From assembly GCA_038881595.1 (NCBI GenBank), contig JAVZPM010000001.1, positions 211,562 through 275,561 on the forward strand: a stretch of 64,000 nt of DNA, in the 5' to 3' direction. Below, piece after piece: positions 1 through 10,239 of the stretch. A model generated the notes under the pieces. It was not told the origin of the DNA. It searched no databases and saw only the letters and a program-made list of their open reading frames with translations. The translations under genes were made by a program, and so were the position numbers. The number at the start of each line of letters is the position of its first letter. Positions within the stretch are counted from its first letter, which is position 1. The stretch is from Candidatus Micrarchaeia archaeon. Its GTDB lineage: Archaea > Micrarchaeota > Micrarchaeia > CABMEP01.

Positions 1-1321
<1,321 letters not shown>

Positions 1322-1416
1322 TATTACCACCACAACATGAATATTAACAAGAGAATAAGTTCTCCTAATTAATATTGTTTCTAATAATTTAAGAATTTTA
1401 CCTATCTCACTTAAAG

Positions 1417-1489
1417 CGAGCCCGAGGGGATTCGAACCCCCAACCTCTTGGTCCGAAGCCAAGCGCTCTATCCGTTGAGCTACGGGCCC
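1417..1489 (-). tRNA. tRNA-Arg (anticodon TCG)
   Basis: Reverse complement GGGCCCG-TA-GCTCAACGGATAGAGC-G-CTTGG-CTTCGGA-CCAAG-AGGTT-GGGGGTTCGAATCCCCT-CGGGCTC-G folds as a cloverleaf: 7-bp acceptor stem (one G-U), U33, anticodon UCG, T-loop TTCGAAT. 73 nt, no intron. Confidence 0.85.
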
Positions 1490-1855
1490 AATAATTACTT
1501 CTAGTTATTATCTGTTAATATTATTTATAAATATGCATGCAGTTGACATTCTAATTTTTAGTATTCTATTCTTAACTTTCTTGTAAATGGCATAGGTTTA
1601 TTTATGAATGGAATATGAATAGAATTTTAGATCTGATTTATATAAATCAATATATAGAAATTTTTCAAGAAGTTAGATGTTGAGAATATATTACAATGTA
1701 ATGGAACTAAATATCAAAATTAAAACTGAAATTCTCGCTTATCCAATGCAAATCAATTTATTTAATATTTTGAAAGAAGTGGTCTATAAAATGGAAAAAC
1801 AATAAGTTCAAATAAAAAGAATATTTTACTTGCAAATATATTTTTGTAAAAAAAG

Positions 1856-1962
1856 TAGCGGGGGATGGATTTGAACCATCGGTCTCTGGGTTATGAGCTT
1901 CGCCTTCTGCAAGCATTACACTTGCAAAATCCAGCGGGTACTCCAGGCTACCCTACCCCGCT
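1856..1962 (-). tRNA. tRNA-Gln (anticodon TTG) with a 32-nt intron (plus-strand 1892-1923) after position 37
   Basis: Reverse complement AGCGGGG-TA-GGGT-AGCCTGGAGT-ACCC-G-CTGGA-TTTTGC[intron AAGTGTAATGCTTGCAGAAGGCGAAGCTCATA]A-CCCAG-AGACC-GATGGTTCAAATCCATC-CCCCGCT-A. It has the A1-U72 pair and A73 typical of archaeal tRNA-Gln; the T-arm and acceptor stem are perfect. The gene is 107 nt, so an intron is required. There is one A:C mismatch at 31-39, and position 37 is C, which is unusual. Confidence 0.65.
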
Positions 1963-2042
1963 TCTCTCTAATAAATTAAAAAAGTTTATTATAATATATA
2001 GAATAAAAGAATTTAAATATCTTTTATTGTTTCATTAATTTA

Positions 2043-2804
2043 ATGAATTTTTTAGTGAAAAATAAAAAGGGAGTGTTTTCATTTCTTTATCTTTTTGCTA
2101 TATTTACATATCTTCTCTCAGTTCTTTCAATTTATCTTATGATTTATGAAAGAACTTCCTATCTAGAGAATAAAATCTTCATTTTAGAAGAAAGAGCAGG
2201 AAGAGAGCTTGAGTTAAAACATGCAGTAAAAAGAGTAATAATCTATTCAGAACAGATAAGAATAATGCAAGATTTTCTTAAATTTCTATTTCCAGAATAT
2301 TTGCTTGTCTTTGATTCTTCTTATTCTTTATATGGTGTAAATAGACTTAATGATCTGACAAGCGGTGGAAACCATTCATATTATCATTGGAGAGATTATG
2401 CACTGAAGTTCTGGTGTGGATTTCCTTCAGAAAATGAAATAGTTGATATGATAACAATAAAAGGAAGGAAACCAGAATATTTCGGTTCAAATCAGATCTA
2501 TCAGAGATTAAATGTATTCAATGTAGATGATACAGTTATTGTTGGAAATGAAGTAAAAAATATATGTAGCCTTTTCCTTTCAACTTCAATAAATCAATCC
2601 ACTACAATAACAAAACCAAATAAAAAAATAATACAAGGAATCTCAGAAAACATATTGGAAAATACGATATATGATCTAATCAATGTAAAATATGGAGTTA
2701 TGGTTTATGACAGTAAAGAAAACATTTCATCTGCAATCATAATTCCAGAGTCAACAGAAATAATTTGGGATGATTATTTAGGTTTGCAAAAAGTGATTAG
2801 ATGA
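2043..2804 (+). CDS. Class-III-signal (type IV pilin-like) protein, 253 aa
   Basis: N-terminus MNFLVKNKKG|VFSFLYLFAIFTYLL: basic residues, Gly, then a hydrophobic stretch, typical of an archaeal prepilin signal. It is the first of four consecutive small ORFs with the same architecture; the rest of the protein is Asn/Ile-rich. Confidence 0.5.
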   Translation: MNFLVKNKKGVFSFLYLFAIFTYLLSVLSIYLMIYERTSYLENKIFILEERAGRELELKHAVKRVIIYSEQIRIMQDFLKFLFPEYLLVFDSSYSLYGVNRLNDLTSGGNHSYYHWRDYALKFWCGFPSENEIVDMITIKGRKPEYFGSNQIYQRLNVFNVDDTVIVGNEVKNICSLFLSTSINQSTTITKPNKKIIQGISENILENTIYDLINVKYGVMVYDSKENISSAIIIPESTEIIWDDYLGLQKVIR

Positions 2805-3139
2805 AAGGTCAATTATCATTGGAATTTATTTTCATAATGGCTGTCTATATTCTTTTCATATTTATTCTAGTTTCTTCTCTAGATTATTCTAAGTTCCTAG
2901 AGAAAGTAGAGTTGCAGGAATTTTCCCTTAAGATAAATTCTCTTAGACTAATAGAATCAGAAAGACTCATAAACAACCACTTTACAGATATGAAGATATT
3001 CATAGAAGGATGTTCGATATCAGAAGGAGATAGTAACAAGTCAGTAATCTGCAAGAAGGAAAATATGACTAAGATATCTAAAATACCTTTAACTCAAGCA
3101 GGAGTAGGTCTTCTTACACTTTATAAGCCATTATCTTAA
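2801..3139 (+). CDS. Type IV pilin-like protein (class III signal peptide, Q at +1), 112 aa
   Basis: MKG|QLSLEFIFIMAVYILFIFILV: K-G then Q+1 and E+5 matches EppA-type euryarchaeal pilin signals (QxSxEF). Its ATG overlaps the upstream stop (ATGA), consistent with an operon. Confidence 0.55.
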   Translation: MKGQLSLEFIFIMAVYILFIFILVSSLDYSKFLEKVELQEFSLKINSLRLIESERLINNHFTDMKIFIEGCSISEGDSNKSVICKKENMTKISKIPLTQAGVGLLTLYKPLS

Positions 3140-3162
3140 TTTAATATATAGCGAGTGATTAG

Positions 3163-3645
3163 ATGATAGGAAGAATGAAAATGAAAAACTGTAGAAGAGG
3201 ACTGTTCAGCGTAGATGCATCATTCGCAGTTATAATTATTCTAACAATGTCATTAATATTTTATACGTTCATTCAGTCAATTTCCTCCTCTTTACATAAT
3301 CTCGAGTCAAGGCAGAAAACTGTTTCATTAATAGTTTTTTCAAATGAGATTGTCAGAAAGGAAGGAGCATACAAATCAAACACAGAAACAATATCTAATC
3401 TTATTTCAATTTCAGATCTGGATTCTTTTGCAATCAAATTAACTTCATTAAACAATAGTGAGTATGGATTTAGCTATATAGAATGGAAGCTATCTAGTAA
3501 AAATGGAAGTGTAGTGAGAAATTTCACTAAACAATTTCATGCAGCAGATAACGATGAGATATTTTGTATTAATCGGCTTGTATTGATAAATGATTTTAAT
3601 TGGCACAAATACGAAGAAGGAATACTTAGAGTTTGTATAAAATAA
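3163..3645 (+). CDS. Pilin-like protein with class III signal peptide, 160 aa
   Basis: MIGRMKMKNCRRG|LFSVDASFAVIIILTMSLIFY: basic N-terminus, Gly, then a hydrophobic helix. Same cluster as the other pilin-like ORFs. Confidence 0.5.
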   Translation: MIGRMKMKNCRRGLFSVDASFAVIIILTMSLIFYTFIQSISSSLHNLESRQKTVSLIVFSNEIVRKEGAYKSNTETISNLISISDLDSFAIKLTSLNNSEYGFSYIEWKLSSKNGSVVRNFTKQFHAADNDEIFCINRLVLINDFNWHKYEEGILRVCIK

Positions 3646-3688
3646 TTTAACAGAATATTGTTTAGACAAGAAAGATGTATGTGATGAT

Positions 3689-4114
3689 ATGTGGAAAAAG
3701 GGGGCAGTATTTACATTAGAGGCGTTGATTACGTTTACATTATTCTTAATTTCAATTACATCTCTTTATCTGTTAATACAACAAAAACAAAATCCTATCC
3801 CATTATATGAAACAGTAATACTGAACGATGTCTATCAAGTTTTAGAGCTAAAATACCATACAGACTTATCTTCATTTGCAAGAACAGGACAGGTTTCAAC
3901 TGAACTGAGAGATTATTTTAATTATGTAAAAGATTCTACTGGTCAAATTATATTTTTAAAATTTGGAAATTTTTTCTATTCAAGCAATAATTCAGTCTCT
4001 TGCATTCCTTTAATTACTCAAAAAAGGCTTCTTGTTTATTTTGATCTAGATATAGGAATAACAGATACAAAGGTAAACTATTTTCATGAATTAACAATAG
4101 GCTTATGCAGATAA
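3689..4114 (+). CDS. Type IV pilin-like protein (class III signal peptide), 141 aa
   Basis: MWKKG|AVFTLEALITFTLFLISITSL: KKGA followed by FTLxE, with Glu at +5, the classic prepilin peptidase substrate motif. Confidence 0.55.
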   Translation: MWKKGAVFTLEALITFTLFLISITSLYLLIQQKQNPIPLYETVILNDVYQVLELKYHTDLSSFARTGQVSTELRDYFNYVKDSTGQIIFLKFGNFFYSSNNSVSCIPLITQKRLLVYFDLDIGITDTKVNYFHELTIGLCR

Positions 4115-4160
4115 AATTAGATTAAGATTTGAATGCACTAATTTGAATGCGCATCTAAAT

Positions 4161-4427
4161 TTATCTCTTTTTCTTCTGCCTTTTTTCATCAACGTTTTGC
4201 TTAGCCGTATTTTTCTTTTCCTGGAGAACAATTGTTGTTGCAAAACCGCTTGCAACCGCAGAAGCGCTTACTAAAGCAGTACTTACTTCAGGTGAAAACA
4301 AAGCGCCAAGAGTCAGCATGCCAAGTCCAGCAACAGTTCCTCCGATTAATCCTTCTAATATTACAGGAACTGATTCCTCTGGCTTAAGCTCTTTTGGAAA
4401 TAATATCTCCTTTACCATAAATATCAC
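4161..4427 (-). CDS. Small membrane protein, 88 aa, hypothetical
   Basis: The ORF has a Gly/Ala-rich hydrophobic core (ILEGLIGGTVAGLGMLTLGALF..) and a Lys-rich C-terminal tail. No family was recognised. Confidence 0.35.
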   Translation of the reverse strand: MIFMVKEILFPKELKPEESVPVILEGLIGGTVAGLGMLTLGALFSPEVSTALVSASAVASGFATTIVLQEKKNTAKQNVDEKRQKKKR

Positions 4428-4535
4428 ATTTATATTATATTATTTTAATACTTTCTATTTCTTTTATCTCATAACATCTTCATAATCTACTTCTTATATC
4501 AATTTTAATACTCATATTATGTCCATTTTATAGTG

Positions 4536-5057
4536 TTATTTTATATCGTTATCTTTTCTAGGTATATAGAATCTTCCACTTATAAGATTGCATTTCCCTT
4601 CATAAAATAATTTTGCAGTTATGGCCGCAATCTTTGCATCCTCTATGTGTCTTCTAAGCTTATTCTTTTCTCTCTGTATTCCAAGTATTTTTGCAGAGAT
4701 AGATGGACAAACTTCTATAACAGTGAATGCATCCAACATCTTATCTATTTCGATTCCTCTTTTCGCAAGCAGTTTCATGGAATCAAAGAATGGGAATATA
4801 TTATACCCTTCTTTTCTAAGTGTTTTTTCTTCTTCCCTCATGTTGTCGTCAATAGGAAAAGAAAGAGGTGCGTCTATTGCAATTACTCTTGGTTTTATTC
4901 TCAAAACAGATCTTATAATATCTTTATCAGAAAACATTATAGCCTCTTCTATAACTCTTCCTTTAAGATCAATAAAAACTATTCCAGTTGGATTTTTTTC
5001 TTTAGCAGCCAAATCAATACCACAAAAGATAAGGTTTTTCATATATTTTTTAAACAA
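4536..5057 (-). CDS. RNase H-fold putative nuclease (DUF429/YqgF-like), 173 aa
   Basis: N-terminal LIFCGIDLAAKEKNPTGIVFIDLKG resembles RuvC/YqgF-type 'GIDxA' starts, and VIAIDAPLSFP is DUF429-like. The plus-strand ORFs 4621-5079 and 4647-5096 are antisense artefacts. Confidence 0.45.
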   Translation of the reverse strand: MFKKYMKNLIFCGIDLAAKEKNPTGIVFIDLKGRVIEEAIMFSDKDIIRSVLRIKPRVIAIDAPLSFPIDDNMREEEKTLRKEGYNIFPFFDSMKLLAKRGIEIDKMLDAFTVIEVCPSISAKILGIQREKNKLRRHIEDAKIAAITAKLFYEGKCNLISGRFYIPRKDNDIK

Positions 5058-5149
5058 ACTTTATTTATATTCTTTATGATTAAGGTAGATGTCTAAAACC
5101 CTAAGCACGTATATTTTATATATTTTTTTCATTATATATCTTAGAGTGT

Positions 5150-5285
5150 GCCAGAGTAGCTCAGTGGTAGAGCGCCAGTGAACTTGATTCATTATCTAGT
5201 TCGGCGACACTCATAAGTCAGATTTCTACTCAAGATCTTAGACTAAGAAATCTGGAGGTCGAGGGTTCAATCCCCTCCTCTGGCA
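5150..5285 (+). tRNA. tRNA-Met or tRNA-Ile2 (anticodon CAT), with two introns (5179-5208 at 30/31 and 5216-5249 at 37/38)
   Basis: Exon 1 is GCCAGAG-TA-GCTC-AGTGGTA-GAGC-G-CCAG (5150-5178). Exon 2 is ACTCATA (5209-5215). Exon 3 is A-TCTGG-AGGTC-GAGGGTTCAATCCCCTC-CTCTGGC-A (5250-5285). Joined, they give a perfect 72-nt cloverleaf with anticodon stem CCAGA/TCTGG and loop CTCATAA. No single-intron excision yields an anticodon loop. An intronic helix CAGATTTC/GAAATCTG spans the 3' junction of intron 2. Confidence 0.55.
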
Positions 5286-5317
5286 CTTAAGGAAATTATA
5301 TTTATTTTATTTGTGAT

Positions 5318-6460
5318 GTGATGATAAGTGATCCGGTTTCTTTTGCATTATTTTTTTATCAAAATCCTATTCTAGATTTAATAAGTATTGCAATAGATAA
5401 GGCTGGAGTTGCATTCACAATAGGTTTGTTAGTTCTTATTTACATTTTCATAAAATTTAATATTCTCAAAAGATTAGAAAAAAGCATCGGTATCGACGCA
5501 AGAAAAATTGAATACGATTTTTCTCTGTTAAAGAAAAGATTATTCTTTACTTTCGTTGCACTCATTTTAACAATTGCTTCAGTTCAATTCATAAAATTAG
5601 TATATCCGCAAGATAGGCCTTGCACACAAGATCTTGGAATAAACAAGATAGAATGTCCCAATTCCTCATCTTTTCCAAGTACTCACACTGCATCAGCAGC
5701 TGTTTTAGTACCGTTCTCTATCGGCACTTTTCTATTTGCACCATCATTGTTGTTTTATTTAATCGTTGCTTTCTCAAGAGTATATTTAGGAGTACATTAT
5801 CTGACAGATGTTCTTGTGGCCTCTGCATTCGGCTTCTCATGGTATTTTTTATCTGAAATTCTTCTTGAAAAAAATACTGGAAAAAGAATAGCATCCAAAG
5901 CAAGCAATGTATTCAGAGGATTCCTTCACTTATTTTTTGGGCTTTTTATAATGTTTATCCTTACTTTAAGCAGTATCTATTCTCTTTATCCAATCCAAAT
6001 ATCACTTCTTGTACTTTTGTTTATCCTGTTATTTATTTTCTATCTTATAAATCGTACACTTTCGCAAAAGTCAGATATTTTGAATCAGATATTAGATTTT
6101 GTTAGCACAAGGGATAGATTTCACGGCGAAGGTGCTATATGGTTTATCCTTGGAGCAATGCTTTTAATAGGATTTACACAGGACGTTGGAAAATCAATAG
6201 CAGGAGTGTATATTGTAACAATAGGAGATGTTGCCTCAGCAGCATTTTCATCTAAACCAGGAAAGAAATCATTGTTTAAGAATAAGAATTTAATTTCATA
6301 TCTTTCTTTTGTTATAGCAAGCATTCCTTCTCTTTTAGTTCTTGGAATAGGGATATTTCCAATTATCCTTCTAGCAGCATTAATAGAGTCTTTGGATTTA
6401 AAGATTAATGACAATTTCATTCTTTTTGTTTTTCTTACTTTAAGTTTTATGTTTTTATAA
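5318..6460 (+). CDS. PAP2-family membrane phosphatase with C-terminal polytopic extension, 380 aa
   Basis: Three PAP2 motifs are present: KLVYPQDRP (KX6RP), PSTHTA (PSGH) and SRVYLGVHYLTDV (SRX5HX3D). There are multiple TM helices; the C-terminal about 150 aa form an additional hydrophobic domain. Confidence 0.75.
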   Translation: MMISDPVSFALFFYQNPILDLISIAIDKAGVAFTIGLLVLIYIFIKFNILKRLEKSIGIDARKIEYDFSLLKKRLFFTFVALILTIASVQFIKLVYPQDRPCTQDLGINKIECPNSSSFPSTHTASAAVLVPFSIGTFLFAPSLLFYLIVAFSRVYLGVHYLTDVLVASAFGFSWYFLSEILLEKNTGKRIASKASNVFRGFLHLFFGLFIMFILTLSSIYSLYPIQISLLVLLFILLFIFYLINRTLSQKSDILNQILDFVSTRDRFHGEGAIWFILGAMLLIGFTQDVGKSIAGVYIVTIGDVASAAFSSKPGKKSLFKNKNLISYLSFVIASIPSLLVLGIGIFPIILLAALIESLDLKINDNFILFVFLTLSFMFL

Positions 6461-6503
6461 TTCTTATTTGTTTTGCATATTGAAAAATGATATAGAACTG
6501 TTG

Positions 6504-8315
6504 TTAAGCCAGCAAGGCATCAAGACTTTCAACCGCCTTCTTTACTCCAGATATTACAAATCCGATAGTTTCTCCTTTCTTCAAGAGGCATACTAATATA
6601 ACGTTTCTTCCATTGTAAATTAATGAATCTCCTTCTGAACCCTTCAATAAAATGTATCTGCTTTGCCCTTTGTCAAATTCAAAGGAAGCCATGTCGCTAT
6701 TTGCTATTGCCTTTGCAGCTATAGCAGATATAAGATTGGAATCAACTTCTTTAGGCATCATCGAAGCAACAAGAAGTCCATCTTTCCTTACTGCTGCCAC
6801 CCCATCAACCTTTCCTCCGCTTACAATGCTATTTAGAACCTGCATTACTTCATTCTTGTCTATTACAACAGTTTTTATTCTTTTCAAGGCACCTTCTTCA
6901 ATTGTAAGCGATTCACCAATGTGCTCAGACATATATCTGGTCAAAGCCCATTTTCTCCATCTTGAAGGTATGTCTGCCAGCATGCTTATTTCAATCTTAT
7001 CATTTGTTTTCAGTAGTTCATCTATTTGGTTCCTCCATTTTGGCCAATTCTCTAAAATCTCTCCTTTACTTGTTAAGCCATCAATTGCAGCTTGAATGTC
7101 AATTATTGACTTATTTATCTGGGGAAGGTATTGTTCAGCATTTTCTGGTGTCAACTCAAGCATGTATCTTTCCATCTTCTTTCTTTCAACTTGCACAAGT
7201 ATCTCTTCATTTTCAGTATCTATTTTGTTTTCAGCAGCATTCATTATTTTATCTTCAAGTTTATCTATCCATGCACTTGCTTCCTTTATCTTTTCCTTTG
7301 CAATCTCCATAGGAGTCATATAATACCTTTCTCCAAACAACATACCTTTTATTATATCCATTAATGAATAGTAGAGAGAGATTATTCCTATTGATATTGC
7401 AAATGCACCTAATAGTTTAGGAACATTTGTTCCTAGCCTCACAAGAGTTTCCATATCTGTGCTGCCTGGAACTTCTTTAGTAAATATAATTATCACAACT
7501 CCAATTATAATACAAGCTATTCCAGTAGCAATCCAAATTAAGTTGTCTTTTCTTCCATGTCCGATGAAATTGTATACTTCTGTCATTAATGGTGTTTTCT
7601 TTATCATGCTAACTACATACGCACCTAATAAGGCAAGTATCTCTAGATATATTAGAACGACTATAAATAGCAGTGTTCCATATATCGCAGAGGCAATATA
7701 GAAATCAAGATTTGCCTTTAGCACATTATATATTCCATCTGCTATTTTAGATATTGTTACAAAGAATGGGACATTCTTAGGATCTATTACACTTACCTCT
7801 AAATATGCAGACTGCGCATATTTTTCAACCCATGCCTTGTTTATTTCTTGAAACACAGTTGTCTTATAATAAATCGTTTTGCCTATATCCTCGCTTCCAG
7901 AGAATGTAAATTTCCAGCTTACAGCGATCGGAGGTTCAGATCTAAGAAGCTCACTGTATTTTGGACTGAATTCTAGCTTATCTAAGCTTAATGCCAAAGA
8001 AGAAGGAATGGTTTCTCTAAGGGTTATGTCAGTTATTTTATCTGTAGCCTTTGAAATTAGTGTTATCTTTACAGTAACTTCATTGCCAAGGTTCTTCTGA
8101 ACAATTATTTCTCTTATCATTGTTATTGACTGAATTTCTTTTGGTGTGAATACATATATTATTTCATCCGGTATTCCATCGTTATTCAGATCTACACTTC
8201 TTTCACTTTGGATCGTTTCTTTCTCAGAAGGATAAACGTTTTTCTGCAGGCAGCCAGACATGAAAATGAATGAGAATAAAACAATCAATAATAATCCAAA
8301 TTTTAGTCTTTTCAT
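6504..8315 (-). CDS. Membrane protein with lipobox-like signal, multiple TM helices and C-terminal Roadblock/LC7 (MglB-like) domain, 603 aa
   Basis: N-terminus MKRLKFGLLLIVLFSFIFMSGC has an archaeal lipobox-like SGC. There are central TM helices. The C-terminal about 100 aa, GKVDGVAAVRKDGLLVASMMPKEVDSNLISAIAAKAIANSDMASFEFDKGQ..LIYNGRNVILVCLLKKGETIG, match the Roadblock/LC7 fold. Confidence 0.6.
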   Translation of the reverse strand: MKRLKFGLLLIVLFSFIFMSGCLQKNVYPSEKETIQSERSVDLNNDGIPDEIIYVFTPKEIQSITMIREIIVQKNLGNEVTVKITLISKATDKITDITLRETIPSSLALSLDKLEFSPKYSELLRSEPPIAVSWKFTFSGSEDIGKTIYYKTTVFQEINKAWVEKYAQSAYLEVSVIDPKNVPFFVTISKIADGIYNVLKANLDFYIASAIYGTLLFIVVLIYLEILALLGAYVVSMIKKTPLMTEVYNFIGHGRKDNLIWIATGIACIIIGVVIIIFTKEVPGSTDMETLVRLGTNVPKLLGAFAISIGIISLYYSLMDIIKGMLFGERYYMTPMEIAKEKIKEASAWIDKLEDKIMNAAENKIDTENEEILVQVERKKMERYMLELTPENAEQYLPQINKSIIDIQAAIDGLTSKGEILENWPKWRNQIDELLKTNDKIEISMLADIPSRWRKWALTRYMSEHIGESLTIEEGALKRIKTVVIDKNEVMQVLNSIVSGGKVDGVAAVRKDGLLVASMMPKEVDSNLISAIAAKAIANSDMASFEFDKGQSRYILLKGSEGDSLIYNGRNVILVCLLKKGETIGFVISGVKKAVESLDALLA

Positions 8316-8402
8316 CAGCTCACTGACAGAATATTTATATTAGTAATCTATTCTAAGGAATGTATTTAAATTTAATTATAGAGAACTATATGTTGCTTTT
8401 AG

Positions 8403-9689
8403 ATGCTAGTTGATTTTATGATTGTAAATGCAGATCTTCATCTTCATGGAAAATATTCAGGTGCCGTATCTAATGACATGTTGCCTGCAAAGATAGGAGA
8501 GCAGGCAAAATTAAAAGGACTTCATTTAGTTGGAACCGCAGATATACTTAATATGAAATGGATGGATGAAATTAAAAAGAGTCTTTCAGAAGAAAATGGA
8601 ACATTCATACACTCTTCAGGAACGAGATTCATACTTCAAACAGAAATAGAAGATGCCAATCGAGTTCATCATATATTATTATTTCCTTCAATTAGTAAGG
8701 TTATGGAAGTAAGAGAACGTTTATTTAAATATACCAAAGACTTGGATACAGAAGGAAGACCAAAGGTTCATCTGAATGGAGAAGAGATTGCAGAGATCGC
8801 AATAGAGGCGGAAGCCCTGATTGGACCTTCTCATGCATTTACACCATGGACTTCTCTTTATAAAGAATACAGCTCATTCAAAGATTGTTATGGTAAGTAT
8901 TCGGACAAAATCTATTTCCTTGAATTGGGTTTATCTGCAGATACAGATATGGCAGACAGGATAGAGGAAATAAAAGATTTGACATTCTTAAGCAATAGCG
9001 ATGCACATAGCCCATGGCCTAATAAGATGGGAAGAGAATTCACTTCATTTGAGATGCAGGATATATCATTTGAAGAATTGAAGCTGGCTATAATGAGAAA
9101 AAAAGGAAGAGGACCCGTTCTTAATGTAAAATTTGATCCAAGAGAAGGAAAATATCATAGGACAAGATGCATGAATTGTCTAGTATTCTATTCTCTTAAA
9201 GATGCAGAGTCTTTCAAATGGAGATGTCCAGTATGCCATAAGCCAATAAAAAAAGGAGTGGCAGAAAGAATAGAGGAATTGGCAAACGGAAGAGAAACTA
9301 TTCATCCAGAGCATAGGCCAAAATGTATACATATCATTCCGTTATCAGAAATAATTGCTATAGCACACAACGTAAAAAGTCCGTATTCCCAAAAAGTACA
9401 GGAAATATGGCGTAAGTATATTGAAAACTTTGGAACTGAAATAGACATCTTGATTAAAGCAGACATAAAGGATTTAGAAAGAATAGATAAAAAAGTTTCA
9501 GAATTAATTTCTTCTTTCAGAGAGAATAAGTTCAAATATATACCTGGAGGAGCAGGCCGATATGGAATCCCGGTTCCACCTGGAAAGAAAGCATCTTATA
9601 AAGTATGGAAAGGAAACAAGGTTGTCGAAGTAGATGTCAATGATGAGGAGACATTTTCATCACAACCTTCAATAACCGATTTTATGTAG
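8403..9689 (+). CDS. PHP-family phosphoesterase with C-terminal Zn-ribbon (COG1379/TIGR00375-like), 428 aa
   Basis: N-terminal ADLHLHGKYSGAVS is a PHP-domain His motif, with further His residues (SHAFTPW, SDAHSPW). Near the C-terminus, CMNC...CPVC forms a zinc ribbon. Confidence 0.6.
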   Translation: MLVDFMIVNADLHLHGKYSGAVSNDMLPAKIGEQAKLKGLHLVGTADILNMKWMDEIKKSLSEENGTFIHSSGTRFILQTEIEDANRVHHILLFPSISKVMEVRERLFKYTKDLDTEGRPKVHLNGEEIAEIAIEAEALIGPSHAFTPWTSLYKEYSSFKDCYGKYSDKIYFLELGLSADTDMADRIEEIKDLTFLSNSDAHSPWPNKMGREFTSFEMQDISFEELKLAIMRKKGRGPVLNVKFDPREGKYHRTRCMNCLVFYSLKDAESFKWRCPVCHKPIKKGVAERIEELANGRETIHPEHRPKCIHIIPLSEIIAIAHNVKSPYSQKVQEIWRKYIENFGTEIDILIKADIKDLERIDKKVSELISSFRENKFKYIPGGAGRYGIPVPPGKKASYKVWKGNKVVEVDVNDEETFSSQPSITDFM

Positions 9690-9781
9690 GCTAAGTATAT
9701 AAAATAGTAATAAAAAACAGGCTACAATAAAAAATAGTTAAGCAAATTAAAATAAATAAAAGGAATTAAAAAAGTAAGAAT

Positions 9782-10036
9782 TTATGCGAAACTTTTCTTG
9801 TCAACAATTACATAGTCAGATGCTGCCAAGATTGCTGTGTATGGTATGTATATCAAACCCTCTTCTTTCTTCATTCTTCTCATTGTTGGGTTGTCTGGAT
9901 TGGGTTCGACTACAAGCGTCTCGAGCTTGCCATTCTTCTCGTTGATCAATATATCAACCAATCTGCCTATCTCTTCACCGTCGTTTGTTATCAATTTTCT
10001 GCCTGCCAATTGGCGTGCTAATAGAAGCTTTACCAT
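9782..10036 (-). CDS. PRC-barrel domain protein, 84 aa
   Basis: LAGRKLITNDGEEIGRLVDILINEKNGKLETLVV matches the PRC-barrel consensus of small archaeal proteins. Confidence 0.6.
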   Translation of the reverse strand: MVKLLLARQLAGRKLITNDGEEIGRLVDILINEKNGKLETLVVEPNPDNPTMRRMKKEEGLIYIPYTAILAASDYVIVDKKSFA

Positions 10037-10196
10037 GTGTCCACCTTTTATTAGTATTTATATGTGAGATTTAAAAATCTATCTAGATTTTAAATCTCAC
10101 TCGCCTCTAATTCTTATTTGCTGATATACATTTAAAATATTATCTTTTTTTATTTTCATACAGTAATTAATCAGAACAAACTTAAAATGTAGAAAA

Positions 10197-10214
10197 GCAA
10201 ATTTTTATATTATT
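10197..10214 (+). promoter_or_regulatory. BRE/TATA-like promoter element upstream of tRNA-Leu
   Basis: aaagcaa-atttttatatta is centred about 30 nt upstream of the tRNA 5' end at 10240, the archaeal TATA position. Confidence 0.45.
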
Positions 10215-10239
10215 TTAAACATATATTATGTTGTCCTTT

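Noticed and set aside
4621-5096. Two plus-strand ORFs (152 and 149 aa)
   Set aside because: They are antisense to the better-supported minus-strand RNase H-fold gene 4536-5057, and Ser/Phe/Leu-rich as AT-rich antisense frames are.
5150-5285. Single-intron model for the tRNA(CAU) locus
   Set aside because: Removing one contiguous segment between the 5' half and the 3' half leaves no 7-nt anticodon loop with U33. Only the three-exon model yields a canonical cloverleaf.
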